DNA of 64,000 bases from Epiperipatus broadwayi (Eukaryota > Animalia > Onychophora): assembly GCA_028023455.1 (NCBI GenBank), contig JAQFVV010000006.1, positions 13,206,001 to 13,270,000 of the forward strand, read 5' to 3'. Within the stretch, counting starts at the first letter, position 1. Each line of letters opens with the position of its first letter. Position numbers and translations under genes: made by a program. Shown here in pieces: positions 25,671-36,250 of this stretch. Under the pieces are notes generated by a model. The model made no database searches, had not been told where the DNA came from, and worked only from the letters and a program-made list of their open reading frames with translations.

Positions 25671-26049
25671 ATATGATTCACTTTGTAAATCATGCACACA
25701 TACATACACAAAGAATTATATATACAATGAAGAGAAAATTAACATTATATATATATGCAGATCACATGATTATAACCCAAGATTATCAACACCAAAAATC
25801 TTTAATGTGTTATCAAGATAATCTCTACGAACAACTACATTTAAACTTTATTGAATTTAAAATCTGTCTTTTACAGTTAAAATGTCAATTCCTTTGTCTT
25901 ATTTATGTTAATACAGACTAGAGAGTTGATTAATATCTTATTTTAGAATGAAAAGTGGAATCCATTTTTTATTCATAGAGGTTGTCATGGCAACAGGTTG
26001 AAGATTCCTGATATTAATAAGCTTGGGCTATTATCATTATATGATTAAC

Positions 26050-26950
26050 ATTTGTGAATCATCTATATTCAAAATCAAGTTCATTATCTAAATAATAATT
26101 AAGTTTAGTGGAACTTGAAAGTAGTAAAAATAATTATTTAGGAGTCTGCTTTCAAAAATGTTTTCCCATTTAATGGGGTTTATTTAAACTTCTTTGGATT
26201 TAAAAAATTTCAATCTACTAAATTCAAAGTGTCAACTGCATGTCTATAATAATATCTTAGACCAGAGTGATAGATGGAATTTACCTTTTAATCAAAAAGG
26301 TTACTTTGATTGATTATTCCTAATGTTGATAAGTTTGAATTATTAATATCATGTAATTTATGTTTGTGAACTATCTAGCTTTATCCATAATAAAGTTTAT
26401 TATCTAAATATACTTCACATGATGAAGAAATAAAAAAAATTTAACAATAGATACAAATTCGATATGCCATCTAATCTTAAATCTCAGACTGACATGCCTT
26501 ATATTCCTAAAATTGATTCAAAATTAATACCTATCTTAAACGAAGATTTCAATGTTGGTTTTAGAAGTTCCTTGTCACTTAACAGATTGATTAATAATTC
26601 CAAAGACAAGATCATTAATGGTGACAAGGATCAACTTGTATATGACCTAAATTATCAATTTTGTAATGGCAAATATTATGGAGAAACTTGCACAAACTTA
26701 AAACTGAGAGTTACTCCATACTTTCACTTATATAACAGAGCCAAATCTGACAGCACTTACAGCTTAGTATTCATCGACCATGAAAAAATACTGGACATTC
26801 TTTTAAACCTGCCAATACTAGAGTTGTCTACTTTGAAAGCAACAACAAAAAATGTAAAACCAAGAAGACCTGGCATACAATCAACTTCAAAAATGCCATA
26901 AATCTGAAAGCCAATAGCATTCCCCTTAGCAAATTCTGGTCATTTAATTC
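26050..26950 (+). mobile_element. Penelope-like element remnant (RT thumb/linker plus GIY-YIG endonuclease)
   Basis: ORF 26464-26901: MPYIPKID..LNRLINNSKDKI...LVYDLNYQFCNGKYYGETCTNLKLRV, matching 'VY.I.C..C...YIGET.R.L..R'. Confidence 0.8.
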
Positions 26951-29197
26951 AACAGCATAGTTAATTGACTGACTGATTTACACATACTCACACATGCAAA
27001 TATGTAAATTTACTAAAATCAGAGGCCAATTTAATTTACCTGCAAGTGGAAGTGCTGATATGTTTGCTAATTTCACTTCTTTGACACAGATATGCCATAT
27101 CACGCACACGCATGTATAAGATATATTTTAAAATGCACACATTAAAACATTAGCGAAAATAATAAGTAAAACATAAAAAATACAGTGAAGAAATAGATTG
27201 GAAGATACAGAGCAACTAATTGAGTGAGTGCTTTCTGGGTGTGCCTGATGAGAAAAATGATTCGTAACAGATCTCATGCAGGAAAGCACATGCATGAAAT
27301 TTATAAATTCAAATTTATGAATTATTTTTTTATTTATCAAACAATTAATTGTTAAAGCAATATTTGGTGAGCCTGTGGATATAGTAGAGCCACAGTGCTA
27401 AGAAATATCAAGAGGTAATCAAAAAAATAGTCATTCCATATTTCAACTATAAACTGAATTTAATGGACCCATCACATTGTGGCTGATTTTAAAGTAAAAA
27501 TAAAAGTTCAAATTTAAAATATTATTCATAATTTTATTGCCACATGGAATTCAAGGGAATGTAGTAAAGTGTAAGAAAACTAAATATAGATTAATGTTAA
27601 GAAGAAAAATAACTAGGGGCATTTGAAAAATAGAGCCAAAGCCCAACCTCAAATAAGATGGTCTGGTTCAGTGAGCAGACCATCCTTTGATAGATAACTA
27701 AAATAATAATAATTGAATTGTCTATTGTACAGAAGTTCATTAAAAAGTGTGAGCACTGGAAGAGATAGAACGGAGCCACAATCCAAGTATCTTGAGCTCT
27801 CAAAGTTTGCCACCCTATCACTGAGCCAAACCATGCAAGGTGGCAGAGAATTAATGATGATGAATAAATGTAGTAAAGATATGATAAAGAGAAAAAAGGA
27901 ATAATATTCTTTCATGGCTACCTGATATAATAACTTGATATATAACTAACTACCTGATATAATAACTTGATATATAACTAATACTTTTTCAATTATTTTT
28001 AATATTTACTTTTCAAATTCAAACGTCAGTTATTTTTTTAACTGCAATATTACTCAAATGAAAACTGAAATTACACAGTGTTTTTATTCTTAATCTCAAG
28101 CATTATCTTCATTTTCTCAGGTTCATTCAAGAGTAAGGTTTGCAAGCTGACAGACAGACCGAAAGAAATAACAAATGATAAAAAAAAAAAACTGGTCAAC
28201 TAGAAAAAAAAAGGCCCAGCAAAACTTAATCATTTTAATCTTGAGTTAATCTAAAATAGAATTTTTTTAAAAAAGGAAACAAATGAGGTAGAAAATGAAT
28301 CATTTAAAAAACTGAATATATACATAGTGCATATAAAATATTGCAACACATTTCAAACATACTCTATATATATATGAAAGTATTGCTTAACAATTAATAC
28401 AAACACAGTTTTAAAGGAAACCATATTACAGAAATCAATTACAATATTTAAGTGTCCTCTATCACCTTTTAGAAAAATAAAACATATATAATAGTCAAAT
28501 TCTAAATTGTAAACTATGATAATACTGGAGTTACAACGTCAGTTTCAAGAAAATCCCTCCATCAGCTTTGCTAAGGTCTTGCATATATAAATTAACCCTG
28601 TGTCTTGTCATATTTCACAAATTGACTATTATATATAACTAATTTTATTTTCACAAGGATCTAAAAGAAGGAGCTGCTTAAAAACTCTGATTGGTACTAC
28701 AGTAAACATATAATCCCTTTATTTTTTTTTACTTTATAATACACCAGACTTATTTGCTCTTTTTTCATTTCTTTTCTTTAGTTATATTCTTAATCAAATA
28801 AAGATATATATTTTCTGATAGAAATTTGCTATAGTAAGGTATAATGATCTCTGTTGCTATGAACGCTTATAGAATGGCAAATTGTATGGTGAACACTTTT
28901 ATTAAAACGATGTAAAAAAAAAATTTTTTTCATGCATGCCAAATTAATCAAGAGATGAATAATTTGTTATTTTGTACTTTTTAGACATCTATTTACATGT
29001 AAACATTTTTTTTACTTTTTAATTATATTTACATACTATTTAAAAAAGTGGTTAAATCTACAAAAAGGTCTGACAAAAATTATAATTTAATAAGAAGACA
29101 TGAAAATAAATAATACATCCTCTAACAAATGAATTCTAAATTTAATTATCATGTGATTGTCTACTACATAAAAATATTTATGTATTGACTTTTTAAT

Positions 29198-30056
29198 TAA
29201 TTTAATTATGGTAAAGTTGTAATTATTTATTAAGCTCACAGGAAGTATAGGTAAATACTTTTAAGACAGGCTTTAATCTGTATCAAATGTGCTTTGAAAT
29301 TTATAATAGTTAAGCAATATCTTTATTTTGCCAATAGAGAGACCTCTCAAACCACGACACATAGTGACTTTTATAAAGATAAGAGCAGCCATCTTATCTT
29401 TAATGTAACTTTCCACTTACATAGGCCAATCTGAAGCATCTTGATTTGGGAGTGTAAAACTGTTGTTATCTCCCTGATTAAGTCCATTATTTCCTATGCA
29501 AATTAATATTTGTGAAATCTTGCGATTTACAATGAGTTAATACTATGATCTTTATGCTGGAAATATATAAACTATTGTAAAGTTGTAATTTTTTATTAAG
29601 TGCACAGGAAGTATATGTAAATATTTTTAAGGCTTTAACCTGTATCAAATGCACCTTGAAATTTACAATAGTCAAGCAATATCTTTATTTTGCCAATAGA
29701 GAGACCTCTCAAACCATGTTACAAGATAGTGACTTTTATAAAGAAAAGAGTGACCATCTTATCTTTAACCTAAAACTTCCACTTATATAGGCCAATCTGA
29801 AGCATCTTGATTTGGGAGCATGAAGCTGTTGTTAGTCCACTATTTTCTATACAAATTAACATTTGTGAAATCTTGTGATTTACAATGAGTTAATATTATG
29901 ATCTCTATGCTGGAAATTGGCCTATATAAGTGGAAAGTTAGGTTAAAGATAAGATGCCACTCTTATCTTTAAAAAAGTTGCTATCTTGTGTCATGGTTTG
30001 AGAGGTCCCTCTATTGGCAAAATAAAAATATTACTTGACTATTAGTAATTTAATTA
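29198..30056. mobile_element. Family D: 366-bp tandem (x2) plus terminal inversion; no canonical HHR found
   Basis: GTAAAGTTGTAATT at 29211 and 29577; 29916-30045 is the complement of ~29665-29796; possible TSD TAATTTAATTA at 29198-29208 and 30046-30056. Confidence 0.8.
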
Positions 30057-30529
30057 AGTAAGTAAATCAATATTAACAAAATTTTATTCTGCGAATGTAA
30101 TATTCCTATTGTCTCAGTTGATAAAAAATTTTCTTGTGAAGAATAAGGATTTAAGTTCAAGTTACTGTCAGGAACACAGACAGGTCATGTTAATATAAAA
30201 GCATTTAATTAAGATTTTATAACAAATTTGAATACATGCCATCTTTGTGACATAAAACTTAAGTTATCAATTTAGTTTGCTTAACTATTTAGGTATACTT
30301 AAGCAATAAAAATATGTTGTTGTTTATTATTATCTGCTGCTCCATATAATAATTTTTGCAACAGACATGAAAATCTGAAATTTAAAAAAATAACATTGTC
30401 CTTGAAAAGAAATTGCAATAAAACAAAGCTGTAAAATTATCAACAAAAAATGCTACAGGGAACACTATTCATGAAGGATCTATTCACAAAGCATTTAGAG
30501 ACCTTTCTAACAAGCTAAGCAAGAAAGGA

Positions 30530-31750
30530 TGCAATGTGATTCATTATGGTTTCTCCTTTCTTGGAGTCAGGAATCTCTCAGTCACTAAGCTCAGAGAAAC
30601 CTGTTAGTCGCTTTCCCTTTCCATTCACCACCCTAAGTTTTCCCATATACTTCTCTATCCTGCTCTATACCATTTCCACATCATCTTTGTTCACTCTACA
30701 ACCTTTATATATAGATTAGCCTTATTTTTTTCCAATTCAGACTAAAAACCAAGAAACAAATTTATATATAATCGTTTTGTTTATATTTATTCTCCCACAA
30801 CTTTATTATTAGTACCCTTTCTGCTTGTCAGCATTTACATTCAATTAACAGATGTCTAATATTTTCTATGCCTTCCTTACATAACGTGCCAACTAAATCA
30901 CCCACATTTCTCCATTTATGGGTATATTCCCTTGTTGCTAAAGATCCTGTTCGAGCCTTAAACAGTAAACTACTTTCCTTGCTATTATCATAAATTAACT
31001 TGCACTCAATATTGTTTACTTCTATATACATTTAAACTCTTTTTATTCTCCATACTACTTCTCCATCTCTCTAGCTAACTATTTTTTATTAATGCATGTA
31101 TTATTTTATTCCATTCCTTCCCACTATAACACTCAACAATTCTCCTAACACAATCATCTCATCTTATGCATAAGTATACTGACATAAAGTATTTAACCAA
31201 ATCTTCTGCACACAAACTATCTTTCTCACCCATCTTGTTGCCTGTCATTTACTCATAACCCAACTAAATACAATTTTGGCTATTCTCTTATTATTCATAA
31301 ATTGCAATCTACTGAACATTTTCATTTGCTTTTTGCATCTTTCATATAAAAATTTGACCATCCCATTTCTCCTTGAATTGCCTCAATTTTCCAACCCTAC
31401 ATCTGCATCTACTGCATATATTTCTACTTCTCATTGGACCTTTTCCAAGTAGTCTGACACTCCTTTACTAACACATAATGCATCTTTACCATAAGTTAAC
31501 CTTGCTACTACCACTCCCTTCCATACAATTCTAGCTACATCATATTTATTATATGAAAACACTGTTAATTTCTTTAACAATCCCTTTCTTTTCTTTGTTT
31601 CATTTATCATTTTTTTCTAGCATTCTTCCAAGCAATTTCTCTGATTACTTAAGACAAGAGCAGATCTTCATTATAGTGCCATCCAACATAAGTTTCAGTA
31701 ATCTCCGATTACCAGATGTATATAAAATATCTATTCTTAGTTTTTAAATT
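30530..31750 (-). mobile_element. LINE 3' remnant (RT thumb plus CCHC-type zinc finger); clade not assigned
   Basis: IYDNSKESSLLFKARTGSLATREYTHKW...LCKEGIENIRHLLIEC; same family as 53820-54113 and 54730-55490. Confidence 0.75.
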
Positions 31751-32393
31751 CTCATATATGCATTTGGGAATCACTGATTACTTAAATGTTCACACCAGAT
31801 TGCACTAGAGTGAAGAGCACCTTAAGTTTTATCACATTTAATTTTTTTTCATTGAATTTAACTTTCGTACTTGTTCATTTCCCCCCGCCCATATTTTTTT
31901 AATTAATAATTTCATATCTTTGACACTGATTGCAAAAAATGTCATATTTCGTTAAAAAAAACCATTATACTGCAGATGAGCAAACTCTCCATACAATAAT
32001 GCCATCCAGTGAAAGCCTTAATAATTAATGAATGCAAGAAGGTTTGTGCATAAAATCACTACCTAGGGTTTACTCATCCATATAAAAATCTTCTACTGCT
32101 TCATCACTATGAGAACTTGTTGGGGTATAAACCTGAATTATCTACATTTGGTATCTGCAATTAAGTTGTAAAACTAATTTTGCCACTCTGTCCGATACAC
32201 TATCAATCTCCACAATGTTATTCTTCCATTTTTTATTTATAATGAATCCTACTCCACTTCTATTTCCAATATTTGTGCCTTTATAGTAGAGTACATGTCC
32301 ACTTTTTTAAATAAATTGTTTCTTCACCTTTTCTTTTAACTTCACAAAGCCCAATAATGTCCCATTTAATATAAGACAGTTCTTCTTCTAATT

Positions 32394-32895
32394 ATAAACA
32401 GAACAAAACTCTCCATACAGTATTGCCACCCTGTGCCAACCAGAGTAATCAATGAATGCCAGAAGGCTTGTGCATAAAATCCCTATCTAATACCTACTCA
32501 TCCAATATCCCCAGACTAGTTTCTGGCTTGTGGCCATCGTCAGTGAGGAGCTTTGGATCTGAGAGCACTGCACCTAGATCTTAGGATCTAATGCAACCCT
32601 CCAGCACCCATATTTTATCTCTACTTAACTACAAAACTATGAGAATGAAATTGAAAACACAGAAAATATTTTCAATCTAAGCTCGATGGCTTATATAGTC
32701 ATATGGGTCTGAACTCAGTTCAGCACCCATACATTTTGGTGTCTTTGGCTCTTTAACAACCATAGCCACCATTATCCTATTAGGCAGGATTGGTGTTAAA
32801 CCATTAAGCATCACATGATCACTATCTCTTACACTAGCACATATTTGTTTATAAACAAATATGTGCTAGTATAAAAGATAGTGATCATGTGATTC
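32394..32895 (-). mobile_element. Family B insertion (502 bp) with 13-bp TSD and terminal hairpin
   Basis: TSD TCTTCTTCTAATT at 32381-32393 and 32896-32908; fold-back 32811-32892; one HHR. Confidence 0.9.
32508..32549 (-). ncRNA. Intact minimal type-I hammerhead ribozyme (family B)
   Basis: TCCTCA-CTGACGA-TGGC(CACAA)GCCA-GAAAC-TA-GTC/TGGGGA: 6-bp stem I, 4-bp stem II, palindromic ACTAGT stem III, GUC triplet. Confidence 0.9.
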
Positions 32896-33669
32896 TCTTC
32901 TTCTAATTCTTGCAATATTCCTTCACTTGAAAGTGATTTGCAGTTATAAGTACCTAAATAAAAATTCGTCATCAAATGGCAGCCTGAGTCCACAATCAGG
33001 GGATTCTTAGCACCCTCTGCTTCAGCCACCAACTGCTGCCTTTGTTGGTGACTTTACAGCCTCCTGGGAATAAGGGCCATAATTTATTTTTGTCTGTCAT
33101 GATTGTATATATTGGAAAAATATTCTTAAACTCGGAGGTAAAAAGCCAAAAAACTCACCATGCTGGTTAATGCATGCTGGTGAGCAGCCCATCCATGTTC
33201 ATATACTATAGTAATAATCACATAGTAATAACAGCTGCAATGACAAAAACGTATGGAGTGGAAATTAGGAATTTGCCCTACTTGGTTCCTTTAAGGCCCC
33301 CAAGAGGAATCAAAGGATCTCCTTTCAGTTAATAGCAAACTACTTTCTGCAGCCCAAAATCTCTTACACATACCTTTATCATTGTTCAGTAAATATATAT
33401 AGTAGGTGTAATGATGCTGAAGGCTAAATAAGTTTACAAGTAACCATTAGATAACAGTCAACTCTTAGACAATCCCATTATGGATAATAATCCCAAACTG
33501 TTGTCAAGGCAATCTCTTTTAACAACCTTTATTGTTAAGAGGAGGTTGCCTTGATAATAGCTTGAGATTGTTGATTGTTATCTATATTGGGATTGTCTAA
33601 GTGTTGACTGTTTTTCCAATGATTATGTAAAGATAGATAGATGGATAGGTAGGTAGGTAGGTAGGTAGA

Positions 33670-34500
33670 TAGATAGCAAATTATTACAATTTATTTGATA
33701 AATGTCAAATGTTTTGCCCTCACAAATTTAACACAAATCATTTAATAAAAGTATATTAATAATTTTATAAGCCATTCATTAGACTATAAATTACTCAATA
33801 GTGAATGATATTTGTATAGTATAATTTTCATTACGCCATTCTCATGCAATGCAAGGACTGGCTTTTATCCATGTTTAACACCTTGTGCAGGGGTATAATC
33901 TTAAATATATGATCAAAAACATGATAAAAATATATGTCCCCCAAGATGCATATTCCATGCTGACCTGTGTTCATCTGTTGGTCCAGATTACAATCTCTTA
34001 CACATATCTTTATCATGGTTCAATATGTATAGATAGGAAATTACTACATTTTAAATAGATAGGAAATCACTAGAGTTTAAAAATCCTTCCCTACCTTGTG
34101 TAAGAGTGGTGTAGTAAAAATTACACTAAGAAATATTATTAATTAAATGGATAATCTCTAGTCTAATGAATGACTAACAAAAATTATTAATATACTTCCA
34201 ACAAGTGGTTTGTGTCACAGTTGTGAGGGCAGTAAGTTTGACACTTACAAATTAAACTGCAATAATTCCCTATCTATATATACTGAACAATAATAATATT
34301 TGTAAGAAAGTGTGATCTGGGCCAACTGATGAATGCTGATTTAGCATGAAATGTACATCTTGGGTATCATACATCTTTTACATGTCTTTGATCACAAGTT
34401 TATGATTACACTCCTCTACAAGGTATTAAAAGTGAGAAGAACCAGTCTCTACCTTGCATGAGAATCATGTAGTAAAAATTACACAAAAGAAATATTAACA
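33670..34500. mobile_element. Family A2 HHR repeat (~357-bp unit): inverted unit followed by tandem units
   Basis: CCTTG..GTAGTAAAAATTACAC at ~34095 and ~34452; complement at 33670-34040; HHR motifs at 33941-33981 (-, decayed) and 34312-34370 (+). Confidence 0.85.
34312..34370 (+). ncRNA. Intact type-I hammerhead ribozyme (family A)
   Basis: CCAA-CTGATGA-ATGCT(GATTT)AGCAT-GAAA-TGTACAT-C/TTGG; palindromic stem III ATGTACAT; predicted cut after 34359; distal stem I TGAT/ATCA. Confidence 0.9.
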
Positions 34501-34569
34501 TTTAGTGTTCATTGATTATGCAAACTTTTATAATATATAGTCTGGAACAGAATAAATAGAAAGTATTAC

Positions 34570-35400
34570 TACTTTTAATAAAACAGGCAAAACTCTCTAC
34601 ATGTATTGCCACTCAGTGCAAGCCAGAGTAATCAATGAATGCCAGAAGGCTTGTGCATAAAAGCCCCATCTAGTGCCTAACATCCAATATCCCCAGACTA
34701 GTTTCTGGCTTTTGGCCTTCATTAGTTTGAAGCCTTGGATCTGAGAGCACTGCACCAAGACCTTTGGATCTAATGCAACTCTCCGGCAGCCACCATTTAT
34801 GTCTATTTAACTACAAAACCATGAGTCTTAATTTAGAACACTAATATTTTCAATCCAAGCTCTTTAGCTTATATAGTCATATAGGTCTGAACTCAGTTCA
34901 GTATCTATACATTTTGGTGTCTTTGGTTCTTTAATAACCATAGCCACCACTATCCTATTAGGCAGGATTGGTTTTAAGTCAATAACCATCACATGATCAC
35001 CATTTCTTATGCTTGCTTATAACTGTTATTAAAATGACTATATAAGCTAATGAGCTTGGATTGAAAATATTATAGTGTTTTCAATTTAAGACTCATAGTT
35101 TTGTAGTTAAGTAGAAATAAAAGGTGGCTGTTGGAGGGTTACATTAGATCCTAAGGTCTAGGTGCAGTGCTCTCAAACCCAAGGCTTCTCACTGATGAAG
35201 GCCACAAGCCAGAAACTAGTCTGGGGATATTGGATGAGTAGGCACTAGATGGGGATTTTATGCACAAGCCTTCTGGCATCCATTGATTACTCTGAATTGC
35301 ACTGAATGGCAATACATGCAGAGAGTTTTGACTGTTTTAATAACAGTTATAAGCAACCATAGAAAATGGTGATCACCTGATGTTTATTGGCTTAATACTC
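34570..35400. mobile_element. Family B: full unit plus inverted ~370-bp copy
   Basis: Junction near 35030; HHR at 35186-35227 (+) TTCTCA-CTGATGA-AGGC(CACAA)GCCA-GAAAC-TA-GTC-TGGGGA; mutated (CTAATGA) copy at ~34690-34725 (-). Confidence 0.9.
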
Positions 35401-36009
35401 TTTCATAAAGTTTTTGGAACTAAATCGAAAAAGCCATAAGATGTTAAGTGTAGTCTTCATAATAAGATAACCAACAAACTGATATATTATAAATTTATTT
35501 AATCCAGAAGTGTTTAATTTATTATTTTTTTTTTGGGGGGGGGAGTATAAAATCTAAAATAGCAAACACGACATTTTGCCTTATTATAAAAATATTTATT
35601 ACAAACAAATCAATACTTAACATGATTTCTTAAATACTACAAAATATTGAAAAAGTTTAAGATAATATATACTTTTAAAATATTTATTGTCAATATTCTT
35701 GAAAATAGCATGGTGTAATGATTGGCACATTTTCCTACTGTGGTCATAGCCTAGAATTTTGAGGTTGAACTAGTGAACTGTCAGGTCATAAGCAAAGCAC
35801 TAACATAGTAGCTGGTTGGTAAATGGATCTCTAGCTTTAGTCAGATAGCATATAAATGTTTCAGTTTAATCTGGGTTAGCCAGATGATGATTCATTAATT
35901 GTAAAAATAAAAAATACAAATGCATTATAATGTATCCTTTACTGTAGTAGAGAAAGTGTCATTTCTGTGGGCACGGAGGCATGTTTATTTTTGGAAGTAG
36001 TTCTGTTTT

Positions 36010-36250
36010 AACAACACTTTTAGTGCTGCTTCAGCACAAAATGTACATTTTGGGGATCATAAACTTTTCCACATATCTTTGGTCATATTTTTATGATTAA
36101 ATCCCTCCACAAAGGCATTAAAAGTTGATAGAAACCAGACCTTACTTTGCATGAATGTGCTGCAGTAAAATTACACTAAAGAAATATTATTCATTATTGG
36201 ATCTCTAGTCTAATAAATAACTAATAAAAATTATTCAAACACTATATGCT
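36010..36250 (+). mobile_element. Family A2 fragment with truncated HHR
   Basis: GTGCTGCTTCAGCAC-AAAA-TGTACAT-T-TTGGGGATCAT plus downstream GCAGTAAAATTACACTAAAGAAATATT. Confidence 0.7.

Larger units (their letters stand above)
32090..33100 (-). mobile_element. RTE LINE 5' region (apurinic endonuclease N-terminus), split by a family B insertion
   Basis: FYLGTYNCKSLSSEGILQELEEE|LSYIKWDIIGLCEVKRKGEETIYLKSGHVLYYKG...GVGFII...SDRVAKL...IIQVYTPTSSHSDEAVEDFY. Confidence 0.85.

Noticed and set aside
28120-28150. Acceptor followed by VHSRVRFAS-stop, a possible terminal exon
   Set aside because: Too short and unsupported by any upstream exon.
29830-29900. Twister-like TAA...TCGCAAG loop on the minus strand of family D
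   Set aside because: No P2 3' strand or GAG/GG pseudoknot partner downstream.
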